Made by a program: the position numbers and the translations under genes
Assembly (NCBI GenBank): GCA_036752465.1
Contig: DAIOSQ010000001.1
Location: 1 to 43,135 of the forward strand
Source: Legionellaceae bacterium
GTDB lineage: Bacteria > Pseudomonadota > Gammaproteobacteria > Legionellales > Legionellaceae
Length of the DNA stretch: 43,135 nt
Direction of reading: 5' to 3'
Part shown: in pieces, positions 19,470 to 29,491 of the stretch
How positions within the stretch are numbered: the stretch's first letter is position 1
Layout: each line of letters begins with the position of its first letter
Notes under the pieces: generated by a model
The model's input: the letters and a program-made list of their open reading frames with translations, nothing else
What the model was told of the DNA's origin: nothing
Databases searched by the model: none

Positions 19470-20408
19470 TTACTCAACAAAGTTTGCCGCTGCATGGCAT
19501 GCTTTGTCACGGTCATTGAGTTCATCGGTTTGCGGGAAAATGGTGAGCAAGTCATTGAGTAGGTTGCGTAATTCACCCACCAATAATGCCAGAGCAGCAT
19601 CTTGTTGCTCTAAAGGTTCGAGAGAGTTTGTTTCTTGAAAAGCATCTTGCAAATAATCGAGGCAAGTAACGCGTTTTAAAATCAAATCTTTGGTTAACGT
19701 GAATTGAATGCGATCCTGCCAGATCAAAGACACTTCTTTAATGGCAAGATTTTGCGATAACAAGGTGAGGACCTCTTCTGAGGGCAATTCATAGCCTTTG
19801 CACTGCACTTTTTTGTTATGGTCATCTAAACAGAACATGGCACAATCGCTGGCCAGTTGAAATTGCTTGGGTAAGGCAGCAGGGTCAGCAATCCAGCTGG
19901 CCAGCTGTTTGGCCAAGTTTGTTGTAATTAAGAGTGGTGTTAGTTGCAAGTCAGGACAGGTTTTGCGTAACAATGCGGTCAGGGTGGCGGCTTGCGTTGG
20001 GCTGGATGAATTGACAATTAAACGATGGTGTTGTTCATCGAGCAGTGCGAATGTGCGTTTTTGTAGGCAGAATGCTTTGGGTAGCAATTCAAATTCTAAT
20101 TCTTCTGCCATTTGTTTTTTCTGGGTCCGGCTAAGTTGTCGATGCTCTGAGGTTGCCTGGATATCCAAGCGCTCTTGCAGCAATTTTTGAATGACTCCTT
20201 TGGGTAAGAGGCGTTCCTCTTTGCCCATACAACATATGCTGGCACCGCTGAGTTCATGGGTAAATTGCTGGTTGAATACAGGTAACCAACCATAAATAAA
20301 TCTGGCATGTGGTGGGCACGGTTTTAACGCTGCTTCTGCCAAAAGCGACGGTAAATCAATTGCCTTGCGAAATTCATAGTGAAAAATTTGAATATTGTTA
20401 AACCACAT
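19470..20408 (-). CDS. rdgC: Recombination-associated protein RdgC
   Basis: 312 aa. N-terminus MWFNNIQIFHY (RdgC: MLWFKNLMVY...), plus WQDRIQF and the general RdgC layout. Confidence 0.88.
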   Translation of the reverse strand: MWFNNIQIFHYEFRKAIDLPSLLAEAALKPCPPHARFIYGWLPVFNQQFTHELSGASICCMGKEERLLPKGVIQKLLQERLDIQATSEHRQLSRTQKKQMAEELEFELLPKAFCLQKRTFALLDEQHHRLIVNSSSPTQAATLTALLRKTCPDLQLTPLLITTNLAKQLASWIADPAALPKQFQLASDCAMFCLDDHNKKVQCKGYELPSEEVLTLLSQNLAIKEVSLIWQDRIQFTLTKDLILKRVTCLDYLQDAFQETNSLEPLEQQDAALALLVGELRNLLNDLLTIFPQTDELNDRDKACHAAANFVE

Positions 20409-20597
20409 GGGTGTCTTCTCCGGAAAAGGTGAGTGTATCTACGTTAAGTTATTGGCTGTGCTGCCATACGCCACCAAGCTTGATATACAGAGCAATGCCG
20501 TGTTAGGTGCTGAATAATGCCCTGACTATTGCGCTGAACTTTAAACCACAGTAAGCTGAATTACAAATGCTATATTGAAAAATTTGGTGTAGTGAAC

Positions 20598-21149
20598 ATG
20601 CTCCTGCAAAAACACAAATCGTGTTTGTTATTGATAGATGTCCAGGAAAAATTGGTACCACATATCATGCATCCAGACCAATTAATATCAACATGTCACT
20701 GGTTGATGAGGTTGGCAATTGAACTGGATGTTCCAACCTTAGTGAGTGAGCAGTATAGCCATGGTCTCGGGACGACCGTATCTCCTTTAAAAGAACTGAT
20801 ATCCCAAGATGTTAAAATCGATAAGGTACATTTCTCCTGCTATAAAGATGCTAGTTTTCTTACCGCTTGGCGTGCAATTCATCGCAAGCAAGCAGTGCTT
20901 GCAGGTATTGAAACCCATGTGTGTGTCTTGCAAACTGCTTTTGATTTAAAGACGGAGGGGTTTGATGTGTTTGTCGTGATTGACGCGGTGCAAAGCAGAA
21001 ATTGTCAGGATCACGACTGCGCACTCCAGCGTATGCGGCGTGCGGGCATCCATTTGGTCACTGCAGAAATGGTATTTTTTGAGTGGGTAGAGCAAGCAGG
21101 TACACCAGTATTCAAAGCCTTAAGTCAATCATTTATACAGGCAAAGTAA
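20598..21149 (+). CDS. Isochorismatase-family cysteine hydrolase
   Basis: CLLLIDVQEK near the N-terminus and GIETHVCVLQTA (catalytic Cys context). The track start 20592 is GTG; ATG 20598 is used here. Confidence 0.82.
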   Translation: MLLQKHKSCLLLIDVQEKLVPHIMHPDQLISTCHWLMRLAIELDVPTLVSEQYSHGLGTTVSPLKELISQDVKIDKVHFSCYKDASFLTAWRAIHRKQAVLAGIETHVCVLQTAFDLKTEGFDVFVVIDAVQSRNCQDHDCALQRMRRAGIHLVTAEMVFFEWVEQAGTPVFKALSQSFIQAK

Positions 21150-21166
21150 GGCGTTAAGGGGTATAG

Positions 21167-21910
21167 ATGCATATTGAACATCAAATCGCTGTGGTTACCG
21201 GCGGCAGTTCAGGGATGGGACGTGCATGCGTGGAGGCGTTGCGTGCGCATGGTGTGTTGGTAGCGTCCTGGGACAAGCAGCCCGTAGATGATCCGCAGGC
21301 GATCGTATGTGATGTGGTCAGTGACGAAGCGGTGGCTGCGGCGTTACAACAAACCATAGAGTTGCTGGGTGGGACGCCCAGGATACTTATCAATTGCGCT
21401 GGAATAGCGCCTGCTGGGCGCATGATCGGCAAAAGCGGGCTGCTGCCGTTGAGCTCTTTTGAACAGGTTTTACACGTGAATGTGGTCGGTACTTTTAATG
21501 TGATGCGCCATGTGGCGCAACACATGACACAACTGGCCGCAACAGGGGATTCCGGAGAGCGTGGGGTGATCATCAATACCGCCTCGATTGCTGCTTTTGA
21601 GGGACAAATCGGTCAAGTGGCGTATAGTGCCTCTAAAGGTGCCGTTGTGGCGATGACCTTGCCCTTAGCCAGAGAGCTGGCGCAATTTGGGATTCGTGTC
21701 AACTGTATTGCACCCGGTTTGATTGCCACACCGCTGTTGCTAAACATGCCTGTAGCCGTGCAAGATAACTTGAAGCAAACCATTCCTTTTCCGCAGCGCT
21801 TTGGTAAACCAGCTGAATTTGCCAGTTTGGTCCTGCATCTGTTGGAAAACCAAATGATCAACGGTGAAGTTATCCGACTTGACGGTGCTTTGCGGATGGC
21901 ACCGCGCTAG
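21167..21910 (+). CDS. SDR-family oxidoreductase (3-hydroxyacyl-CoA dehydrogenase type-2-like)
   Basis: VTGGSSGMG cofactor motif, catalytic YSASKGAV, and IRVNCIAPGLIATPL. It starts 17 nt after the isochorismatase-family gene, so the two likely form an operon. Confidence 0.87.
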   Translation: MHIEHQIAVVTGGSSGMGRACVEALRAHGVLVASWDKQPVDDPQAIVCDVVSDEAVAAALQQTIELLGGTPRILINCAGIAPAGRMIGKSGLLPLSSFEQVLHVNVVGTFNVMRHVAQHMTQLAATGDSGERGVIINTASIAAFEGQIGQVAYSASKGAVVAMTLPLARELAQFGIRVNCIAPGLIATPLLLNMPVAVQDNLKQTIPFPQRFGKPAEFASLVLHLLENQMINGEVIRLDGALRMAPR

Positions 21911-21924
21911 GGTAGCATGCGATC

Positions 21925-21942
21925 CCTGCGGTTACGCGCAGG
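21925..21942 (+). terminator. Hairpin plus T-rich tract after the SDR gene (terminator candidate overlapping the 3' end of the flgM-like gene)
   Basis: CCTGCG (21925-21930) pairs with CGCAGG (21937-21942), followed by TGGTTATTTCTTGTT. It lies 15 nt after the SDR stop. Confidence 0.4.
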
Positions 21943-22177
21943 TGGTTATTTCTTGTTCGGTAAACGTGCTAAACGCCAACATTTTTTCGGCAATTTTTTC
22001 ACTGTGGATGACGTATCGACCGGCGGATAATTCTTCTTTGAGAAAGTTCAGTTTGGCTTGCACGGATATATCTACATCAAAAATCAATGCTTTTAGTTCC
22101 TCTAATTGTTGGTTGGCGTGGGAGAAGTCCAATTTATTGAGTTGCGCGATCATTTTTTCAGTGACAGGGTTGGTCAT
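21932..22177 (-). CDS. flgM: Anti-sigma-28 factor FlgM-family protein (81 aa)
   Basis: The C-terminal FlgM signature LKEELSAGRYVIHSEKIAEKML resembles the family pattern ...I..G.Y.VD.EKIA.KLL. ATG 22177 has a GGAG RBS 8 nt upstream and lies downstream of the sigma-28 promoter. The longer track ORF (to 22267) begins upstream of that promoter. Confidence 0.7.
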   Translation of the reverse strand: MTNPVTEKMIAQLNKLDFSHANQQLEELKALIFDVDISVQAKLNFLKEELSAGRYVIHSEKIAEKMLAFSTFTEQEITTCA

Positions 22178-22208
22178 AACAGGCTCCGAGAATAATTGAC
22201 ACACAAGC

Positions 22209-22235
22209 ATATCGGCGCATCTAAAAAAAACTTTA
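22209..22235 (-). promoter_or_regulatory. Sigma-28 (FliA) promoter
   Basis: Minus strand reads TAAAGTTT (22235-22228) - 11 nt - GCCGATAT (22216-22209), against the consensus TAAAGTTT-N11-GCCGATAA. It sits about 30 nt upstream of the flgM-like ATG. Confidence 0.75.
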
Positions 22236-22366
22236 GCATCTTTTTCAGTGAATCTTGCTTGTTGCACTGCCTTTGGTTATTGTATACACGTTAGCTCGTG
22301 CAGGTGATGAGTGAGTTGGCTACATGCACAGATTAAGGTATCAACCACAGCTAATTTGGAGTGCCT

Positions 22367-23659
22367 ATGCATCAGTTGTCCCAGCAGTTATTTGTCAAAG
22401 CTCAGCGCATTATTCCCGGCGGTGTTAACTCACCCGTACGTGCATTCAAAAGTGTTGGCGGTACGCCTATTTTTCTGAAACGGGGTTATGGTGCGCACAT
22501 TATCGATGTTGATGACCGCGAGTATATTGATTATGTATGCTCATGGGGCGCATTAATTCTTGGTCACGCGCCCGTAGAAGTCGTTCAAGCCGTGACCGAA
22601 GCAGCCGCTCAAGGTATGAGTTTTGGTGCGCCTACGCTGCTAGAAATCGAACTGGCAGAAAAAATCCTGTCACATCTGCCGGCAATGGACATGATTCGCA
22701 TGGTTAATTCTGGTACTGAAGCAACCATGACCGCAATACGCTTGGCGCGAGGTTTCACACGCAAGGCAAAAATTATCAAGTTTAACGGCTGTTACCATGG
22801 TCACAGCGATAGTTTACTGGTTAAGGCTGGGTCCGGGGTATTAACCTGCGGCATCCCATCTTCACCTGGAATACTGCCAGCGGTTGCCGAGCATACCCTC
22901 ATTGCTGATTTCAACAATCTGGCCTCCACAAGGGCCTTATTCGAGCAACATGGTGATGATATTGCTGCCGTTATTATTGAGCCAGTTGCCGGCAATATGG
23001 GTATGATATTACCGAATATAGCTTTTTTACAAGAATTGCGTCAGTTGTGTGATCATTATCAAACCTTATTAATTTTCGATGAAGTGATGACGGGTTTTCG
23101 AGTTGCCCTAGGTGGGGCGCAGGCAATTTACAATGTTGCCCCAGATTTGACTACCTTGGGCAAAGTGATTGGTGGCGGTATGCCCATAGGCGCAATCGCT
23201 GGTAAACGTGATATCATGCTCGCGTTAGCGCCAGTTGGTCCGGTATATCAGGCGGGAACATTAGCCGGCAATCCGGTGGCTATGGCAGCTGGGTTGGCCA
23301 CACTGAGCGAAGTTGAAAAACCCGGATTTTACCAAGCGTTAGCGCGCAATACGGCAAGTCTTATCGAAGGGTTAAAAGAAGCTGCTGAATCTGTGCAAAT
23401 CCGCTTGCATGGTGTTTCTTTGGGCGGAATGTTTGGCTTTTGTTTTAGTGATCGAGAAACCATCGAGAATTATCAAGATATTGCCAATTCTGATGTGGCC
23501 ATGTTTAATAAATTTTTTCACGGCATGCTAAAAGAAGGTGTATCATTTGCGCCGTCGTTGTTCGAGGCTGGATTCGTCAGTGCTGCTCATCAAATGGCAG
23601 ACATTATCCGTACTCAGGAAAAGGCAGCCCGAGTATTATCTCAGTGTAAGCAATCATAA
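22367..23659 (+). CDS. hemL: Glutamate-1-semialdehyde 2,1-aminomutase
   Basis: [35 protein letters not shown] and TLGKVIGGG (PLP lysine). ATG 22367 has a GGAG RBS. Confidence 0.96.
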   Translation: MHQLSQQLFVKAQRIIPGGVNSPVRAFKSVGGTPIFLKRGYGAHIIDVDDREYIDYVCSWGALILGHAPVEVVQAVTEAAAQGMSFGAPTLLEIELAEKILSHLPAMDMIRMVNSGTEATMTAIRLARGFTRKAKIIKFNGCYHGHSDSLLVKAGSGVLTCGIPSSPGILPAVAEHTLIADFNNLASTRALFEQHGDDIAAVIIEPVAGNMGMILPNIAFLQELRQLCDHYQTLLIFDEVMTGFRVALGGAQAIYNVAPDLTTLGKVIGGGMPIGAIAGKRDIMLALAPVGPVYQAGTLAGNPVAMAAGLATLSEVEKPGFYQALARNTASLIEGLKEAAESVQIRLHGVSLGGMFGFCFSDRETIENYQDIANSDVAMFNKFFHGMLKEGVSFAPSLFEAGFVSAAHQMADIIRTQEKAARVLSQCKQS

Positions 23660-23731
23660 CCGCTTGCTGCACGACTCGATTAGATGGCAGGTCGGAAGTT
23701 AATCTTTATCGTAGGATATTAAAAGAACGCC

Positions 23732-24520
23732 ATGGATAGTATCGAAATATTTCAAATTGATGCATTTACAGACAAAGTTTTTCACGGCAACCCGGCGGCG
23801 ATTTGTTTGTTGAGTGATTGGCTCAATGATGAGCTGCTCAGGGCCATTGCGGTAGAAAATAATTTGTCGGAGACGGCTTTTGTTATGGCTACCAAGGAGG
23901 ATACTTATCAAATCAGATGGTTTACCCTCAAAGGTGAAATCAGTCTTTGCGGACACTCAACGTTAGCGGCCGCGTTTGTGTTGTTCGAACTGGGTAAATG
24001 TAAAGCTGATCACGTTGCATTTACGAGTTTGAGTGGTCCGCTCACGGTGCGCAAAAAACAAGATCGGCTGATGATGCAATTACCAAAAATTGCGGTGCGC
24101 CCGGTTGAAGATCGTTTGTTGTTCTCTGGTTTGGTCGATAAGCCTTACCAAGGCGTGTATGACAGTGATCTGGATTATTTGATTCAGCTGGAAACAGAAC
24201 AACAAGTCATGTCAGCGCGTGTTGATATCAAAATGTTAGAAAAATTGCCTAAACGCGGTCTGGTTTTGACGTCTGGTTGTGAGGACGCTGATTTTTATTC
24301 GCGGTGTTTTTATCCTAAATATCAGATTGTTGAAGACCCGGTCACTGGCACCGCACATTGTTTATTGGCGCCATTTTGGGCAAATAAATTAGGTAAAACG
24401 TCGTTACATGGCATACAAGGGGCTTATCGTAAAGGTGATGTGTACTCTGAGGTGTTAGATAACAGCGTACGAATTTCCGGAAGTTGTAAGTGGTATTCTA
24501 AAGGTAGACTGGTAATTTGA
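23732..24520 (+). CDS. PhzF-family isomerase (DapF-like fold)
   Basis: FQIDAFTDKVFHGNPAAI ... NLSETAFV ... IRWFTLKGEISLCGHSTLAAA ... EDPVTGTAHC, typical of PhzF/YddE proteins. Confidence 0.85.
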   Translation: MDSIEIFQIDAFTDKVFHGNPAAICLLSDWLNDELLRAIAVENNLSETAFVMATKEDTYQIRWFTLKGEISLCGHSTLAAAFVLFELGKCKADHVAFTSLSGPLTVRKKQDRLMMQLPKIAVRPVEDRLLFSGLVDKPYQGVYDSDLDYLIQLETEQQVMSARVDIKMLEKLPKRGLVLTSGCEDADFYSRCFYPKYQIVEDPVTGTAHCLLAPFWANKLGKTSLHGIQGAYRKGDVYSEVLDNSVRISGSCKWYSKGRLVI

Positions 24521-24531
24521 TCAGGGAGAAA

Positions 24532-25653
24532 ATGATGACCAACAATACTGCAGGGCTCGAAGGGATAACGGCTGGTGAGTCAGCCATTTGCACTGTGGGG
24601 AAGCAAGGTGTGGGATTAACATACCGCGGCTACGCCATAGAAGATCTATGTGCACATGCATCTTTTGAAGAAGTGGCATACCTGTTGATTTACGGTCAGT
24701 TGCCAACGCGCACGGAACTAGAAACGTATGTTGCCCGTTTGCTTCATTTGCGAAAAATTCCAGACACCCTCAAAACTGTCCTGAAAATGATCCCTAAAAC
24801 CGCCCATCCTATGGATGTACTGCGCACGGCTTGTTCTATGCTGGGGGTGCTTGAGCCAGAAAAAGATGCCACGATGCAATATGATATTGCCGATAGGTTG
24901 TTAGCTCTTTTTCCGGCGATTATCTGTTACTGGTATGGGTTTCACTATCTGGGTCAAGAGATAGATGAGAATAGCCAAGAAAAAAGCTTGGCTGGCCACT
25001 TTTTGGCATTGTTGCTGCAAAATTCTCCCGATCCGTTGGCGCGGGAAATGATGAATACATCGCTTATTTTATATGCAGAGCATGAATTTAATGCCTCCAC
25101 CTTTGCTGCACGGGTAACTGCGGCGACTTGTGCTGATTTTTATTCGGCAATAACCAGTGCAATAGGCACCTTGCGCGGTCCTTTGCATGGTGGTGCGAAT
25201 GAGGCTGCTATGGCATTGCTGGAGCGGTTTGACAATTTGGCTGAAGTTAGGGAAAAGCTCAAAAGCATGCTGGATGCCAAGGCTAAAATCATGGGGTTTG
25301 GTCATCGGGTATACAAGAAACATGATCCACGATCAGACATTATCAAACAGTGGTCTTATCGTTTAGCCAATCAATCCAATAACTGGCAGTTATATCGTAT
25401 TTCGGAAATTATCGAAGAAGTTATGCTGCAAGAAAAAGGCCTGTATCCTAATCTGGATTTTTATAGCGCGTCAGCTTACCATTACTGTGCTATTCCAACG
25501 TTTTTATTCACACCTATTTTTGTGATGTCAAGAATTTCCGGGTGGGCAGCACATATCAATGAACAGAGAGCCAACAATCGCTTGATTCGTCCCTCTTCTG
25601 ATTATATAGGTCCAGAACCGCGTGCATTTGTTGCGATTGATAGTAGGATATAA
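24532..25653 (+). CDS. prpC: 2-methylcitrate synthase
   Basis: LCTVGK..L.YRGY pattern, [53 protein letters not shown] and [11 protein letters not shown] all match PrpC as recalled. AGGGAG RBS precedes ATG 24532. Confidence 0.92.
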   Translation: MMTNNTAGLEGITAGESAICTVGKQGVGLTYRGYAIEDLCAHASFEEVAYLLIYGQLPTRTELETYVARLLHLRKIPDTLKTVLKMIPKTAHPMDVLRTACSMLGVLEPEKDATMQYDIADRLLALFPAIICYWYGFHYLGQEIDENSQEKSLAGHFLALLLQNSPDPLAREMMNTSLILYAEHEFNASTFAARVTAATCADFYSAITSAIGTLRGPLHGGANEAAMALLERFDNLAEVREKLKSMLDAKAKIMGFGHRVYKKHDPRSDIIKQWSYRLANQSNNWQLYRISEIIEEVMLQEKGLYPNLDFYSASAYHYCAIPTFLFTPIFVMSRISGWAAHINEQRANNRLIRPSSDYIGPEPRAFVAIDSRI

Positions 25654-25654
25654 T

Positions 25655-27109
25655 ATGACTTCGTGTGCGGAAAATAATCACAAGCCACCCTACGACCACG
25701 TCATGCTAGATATGGCGCAGTACGTTCTTGATACAGATATTATTAGCGAAGAAGCGTACGAAACAGCAAGACTATGTTTGATAGACAGTCTAGGTTGTGC
25801 CATTTTAGCGCTGAGTTTTCCGTCATGTCACAAATTGTTAGGGCCTATTGTTGCTGGAGCTCATGTAGCTCGGGGGGCACGTGTTCCAGGCACCACTTAT
25901 GTATTGGATCCGGTTGAAGCCGCATTCAATATTGGCACCATGGTGCGTTGGCTGGATTTCAACGATACCTGGCTTGCTGCCGAATGGGGTCATCCGTCCG
26001 ATAACTTGGGCGCTATCTTAGCCATTGCGGATTATGTTAGTCGCAACAATCTTCGTCCCAATCAACCGCCGCTTAGCATGTATGATGTGCTCACTGCCAT
26101 GATTAAGGCGCATGAGATACAAGGGTGCCTAGCCCTAGAAAATAGTTTCAATCGTTTAGGGTATGATCATGTGGTGTTGGTAAAAATTGCCAGTGTTGCG
26201 GTAGGTGGATGGCTATTCGGCTTGCAGCGAGATGAGATGGTGAGCGCGTTGTCACAAGCCTTTGTTGATGGTCAGAGTTTGCGTACGTATCGTCATGCTC
26301 CCAATACAGGTTCACGTAAATCCTGGGCTGCTGGAGATGCGACCGCGCGTGCTGTTCGTTTGCTATTGCTGACTATGAAAGGCGAGATGGGCTATCCCAG
26401 TGCCTTGACGGTACCTAAGTGGGGCTTTAATGATGTCATGTTAAAAGGCGCAGCTTTACAATTTCAGCGACCATATGGCAGCTACGTGATGGAAAATATC
26501 TTATTTAAAATTGCTTATCCAGCGGAGTTTCATGCGCAAACCGCGGTTGAATGTGCGGTTATGCTGCACTGTGATATAAAAAATCGCCTTGACCAAATTG
26601 CCACTATCACCATTGAAACGCATGAATCCGCTCTCCGTATTATCAGTAAACAAGGGCAATTACATAACCCCGCAGATCGAGATCATTGCCTGCAATACAT
26701 GATTGCCATTGCGCTATTATATGGAGATCTGCGTGCCGAGCATTACGAGGATGCTGTGGCTAATGATCCGCGGATCGATACGTTAAGAAGTAAAATGGTT
26801 GTATTGGAAAATCCTCAGTTCTCAATTGATTATCACTTACCTGAAAAACGTGCAATCGCCAATAGTGTGCAGATATTTTTTAACAATGGTGAGTGCACGG
26901 CAAAGCAGACAATTGAATATCCTTTGGGTCATCGACGTCGCCGCACAGAGGGCGTGCCTTTGTTGTTGCAAAAATTCGAGCGCAATATGAAAACACATTT
27001 CACCGCGCAACAACTGCAGCCTATCTCCGATGCATTAGCGAGTCTGCCAACATTGCAAGCGCTGCCAGTGAGCGATTTTATGACGTTGTTGGCAAACGTT
27101 CGCTCATGA
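25655..27109 (+). CDS. prpD: 2-methylcitrate dehydratase
   Basis: Near-collinear match to E. coli PrpD as recalled ([88 protein letters not shown]). The ATG lies 1 nt after the prpC stop. Confidence 0.95.
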   Translation: MTSCAENNHKPPYDHVMLDMAQYVLDTDIISEEAYETARLCLIDSLGCAILALSFPSCHKLLGPIVAGAHVARGARVPGTTYVLDPVEAAFNIGTMVRWLDFNDTWLAAEWGHPSDNLGAILAIADYVSRNNLRPNQPPLSMYDVLTAMIKAHEIQGCLALENSFNRLGYDHVVLVKIASVAVGGWLFGLQRDEMVSALSQAFVDGQSLRTYRHAPNTGSRKSWAAGDATARAVRLLLLTMKGEMGYPSALTVPKWGFNDVMLKGAALQFQRPYGSYVMENILFKIAYPAEFHAQTAVECAVMLHCDIKNRLDQIATITIETHESALRIISKQGQLHNPADRDHCLQYMIAIALLYGDLRAEHYEDAVANDPRIDTLRSKMVVLENPQFSIDYHLPEKRAIANSVQIFFNNGECTAKQTIEYPLGHRRRRTEGVPLLLQKFERNMKTHFTAQQLQPISDALASLPTLQALPVSDFMTLLANVRS

Positions 27110-27931
27110 ACGTCGGGTAATCCCAGCTTGCGCCATGATTTTGGTGGCAATTTCTTCGATAGAGTAATGTGTGGTATTGATGTAGGGAATATGCTCGTTG
27201 CGATACATTTCCTCAATTTCAGCGATTTCTATTTTGCATTGATCGCGCGATGCATATGTTGAATGTGGCTTACGTTCAAAACGGATATGTGCCAATCGCT
27301 CCGGATCTATGGTTAACCCAAATAATTTTGCTTTGTAAGGCATCAGCTCCTCTGGGATCTTAAATTTTGCTAAGCCATTATCGTCAGTAAATGGATAATT
27401 TGCAGCCAACACTCCAAACTGTAACGCCATATATAAACAACTGGGAGTTTTGCCGCTGCGTGATACGCCGATTAAGATAATATCAGCTTTATCATAGCCT
27501 TTGTTTTTAATGCCGTCATCATGTGATAATGCGTAATTAATTGCTTCAATGCGATGGTTATACGCTTTGGTATTGGCGACACCGTGTGCTCTGCCGACAA
27601 TATCAGACGCTTGGGTGCCAAGCTCTTCTTCCAGTGGCGCAATAAAAATATTAAACAAATCGAAGACGCGGGCGTTGGCTTTTTGAAATACACCGCTTAC
27701 TTCTGGATTTACTAAGGTCATAAAAACCAGGGGTTTACGACCGGTGGCCGCATAGCTTTGATTGATTTGCAGGACCAAATCGTTCGCTTTCGCAATGGTA
27801 TCAATGTAAGGGAACACCTGGGAATCGAAGGTTATGGTTTCAAATTGAGTGATGAGACTATTGCTTAAAAACTCGACAGTAATGCCGGTACCATCTGATA
27901 TCATATAAACAAAACGTTTCAATATAGTCAC
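27104..27931 (-). CDS. ppsR: PEP synthase / PPDK regulatory protein (bifunctional kinase-pyrophosphorylase, DUF299)
   Basis: [48 protein letters not shown] and [10 protein letters not shown] match PpsR/YdiA. The GTG start at 27931 is uncertain (AGGAG abuts it). Confidence 0.88.
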   Translation of the reverse strand: MTILKRFVYMISDGTGITVEFLSNSLITQFETITFDSQVFPYIDTIAKANDLVLQINQSYAATGRKPLVFMTLVNPEVSGVFQKANARVFDLFNIFIAPLEEELGTQASDIVGRAHGVANTKAYNHRIEAINYALSHDDGIKNKGYDKADIILIGVSRSGKTPSCLYMALQFGVLAANYPFTDDNGLAKFKIPEELMPYKAKLFGLTIDPERLAHIRFERKPHSTYASRDQCKIEIAEIEEMYRNEHIPYINTTHYSIEEIATKIMAQAGITRRS

Positions 27932-28053
27932 TCCTAGGATGATGCGCGCGATAGCGAAAATCCAGTCTCTTCATGAGGGATGGATATATAATACCGGTCA
28001 TTTCTGGGCAAAACAATTGTTTGCAGATTTGGGGAAAATAGCTACAAAAACGA

Positions 28054-28082
28054 TTGACTTTTAGGATGCAAACAGTGAAAAT
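28054..28082 (+). promoter_or_regulatory. Sigma-70 promoter candidate for tRNA-Met
   Basis: TTGACT (28054-28059) - 17 nt - GAAAAT (28077-28082), followed by a GC-rich discriminator CACCGCTCG. The tRNA starts at 28094. Confidence 0.5.
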
Positions 28083-28093
28083 CACCGCTCGTT

Positions 28094-28170
28094 GGCTATG
28101 TAGCTCAGCCGGTTAGAGCGCGGCACTCATAATGCTGAGGTCGGTGGTTCGAGTCCACCCATAGCCACCA
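28094..28170 (+). tRNA. tRNA-Met (anticodon CAT), elongator type, CCA encoded
   Basis: 77 nt folding as a cloverleaf: acceptor GGCTATG/CATAGCC, D stem GCTC/GAGC, anticodon stem CGGCA/TGCTG with loop CTCATAA, T arm GGTGG-TTCGAGT-CCACC. It resembles the E. coli elongator tRNA-Met. A lysidine-modified tRNA-Ile2 cannot be fully excluded. Confidence 0.88.
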
Positions 28171-28189
28171 AATATCTTGATTGACCCAT

Positions 28190-29491
28190 CTAACTTAGCA
28201 ATAGCTCGTTGTAATGTGCGTCGGACACAACAGTTGACTGTTTCTTGTGGCGACCGTACTCACAAATTAAAATCGATATGACACCCACCAAACACCCCCA
28301 GATATAATAATAGGCGGGCGCTGTAAGCTGATGAGTGCGCTCTATAAGCCACAACATCACCCATGGTGTGGTTCCTCCGAATAAAGCAATTCCAAGGTGG
28401 AAGGATACCCCGAAACCGCTATAGCGACATGCTGGCGGAAACAGCGAGATCATATACGCGTTAATGGCTGCAAATGATATCGCTATCAACAAAGACATTG
28501 CAATCATCCCGGTTATCATACCTGCCAGCTGCCCTCTGCTAAAAAGCCAGTAAATAGGCACGGACAGTAGCAGCATCAAGGCGGCGCCGGCCATAATCAA
28601 CCGCAAATGCCCGATACGATCAGCAAATATTGCCATACAAGGCTCTATCAAGGCATCGCACAACAAACCTAGCGTGCAGATGAGGCTTGCTTGTGCAACT
28701 GATAGTTGCCAATAGACATGAAAATAACTGACAGTGAACACATACGTACCAAAAGTTGCGATGCCAATCCACCAAGCCAGGCCAATCACGCCGATAAAAG
28801 CATAGGGAGCCTCCTTGACGGCCAGCAGCAGGGGCGAGCTGGTTTTTTGCGGCTGCGGGGTCGTTGCAAAAGCCGGTGTCTCCGTCAGCAAGCGGCGTAC
28901 ATAAAAGATTAACAACCCTGCTACCCATGACAGCAGAAAGGCGCCGCGCCAAGCCCAGTTAGGCATAAAGTTGGCAGTTAATAAGGCGGCTATAAGACTG
29001 GCTATGAGTACACCTAGGCTATATGCGCTGCTGGTAATGCAACCATAAAGGGCCCTTCGATGTGGCGGGGCATGCTCTATTAAAAATATTGCGGCGCCAC
29101 TGTACTCAGAACTGGCAACCAAGCCTTGTAGCATGCGTAAAACGGTTGCTGCGATCGGGGCCCAAAGACCAATGCTTTGATAACTGGGTAATAAACCCAG
29201 CAGTGCTGTTGGGATTGCCATGCCCAGTATACTGAGTGTGAGCGCATATTTTCGACCATAGCGATCGCCTAAATACCCAAATAGGATAGATCCTATAGGT
29301 GCGAGTAGGTAACCTACCGCAAACATAGCAAATACATTTAATAGGTCCGCTGTGGCATTGTGTTGCGGAAAAAAGTTCGCGGCAATAATGGGTGCGAAGC
29401 AACCAAATATTGCGAAATCATACCATTGCAAGGCGGTGCCAGCGATGGCCGCTAGGATGGTTTTTAGATCGGATGTGCGAGGACGATTCAT
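28190..29491 (-). CDS. MFS transporter, metabolite:H+ symporter (MHS, ProP/KgtP-like) family
   Basis: 433 aa, about 12 TM segments. WYDFAIFG and GDRYGRK motifs. Its ATG overlaps the pdxJ stop (ATGA). Confidence 0.87.
   Translation of the reverse strand: MNRPRTSDLKTILAAIAGTALQWYDFAIFGCFAPIIAANFFPQHNATADLLNVFAMFAVGYLLAPIGSILFGYLGDRYGRKYALTLSILGMAIPTALLGLLPSYQSIGLWAPIAATVLRMLQGLVASSEYSGAAIFLIEHAPPHRRALYGCITSSAYSLGVLIASLIAALLTANFMPNWAWRGAFLLSWVAGLLIFYVRRLLTETPAFATTPQPQKTSSPLLLAVKEAPYAFIGVIGLAWWIGIATFGTYVFTVSYFHVYWQLSVAQASLICTLGLLCDALIEPCMAIFADRIGHLRLIMAGAALMLLLSVPIYWLFSRGQLAGMITGMIAMSLLIAISFAAINAYMISLFPPACRYSGFGVSFHLGIALFGGTTPWVMLWLIERTHQLTAPAYYYIWGCLVGVISILICEYGRHKKQSTVVSDAHYNELLLS

Noticed and set aside
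21864-22199. 111-aa plus-strand ORF overlapping the flgM-like gene
   Set aside because: The opposite strand carries the FlgM signature, an RBS and a sigma-28 promoter. The plus-strand ORF has none of these.
27104-27931. ppsR lacks the usual divergent ppsA partner
   Set aside because: The partner (ppsA or ppdK) may simply be elsewhere in the genome, and that cannot be judged from one window.
28094-28170. tRNA-Met as an integration site for a genomic island
   Set aside because: No integrase, no direct repeat of the tRNA 3' end, and the downstream genes (MFS transporter, pdxJ) are ordinary chromosomal genes on the opposite strand.
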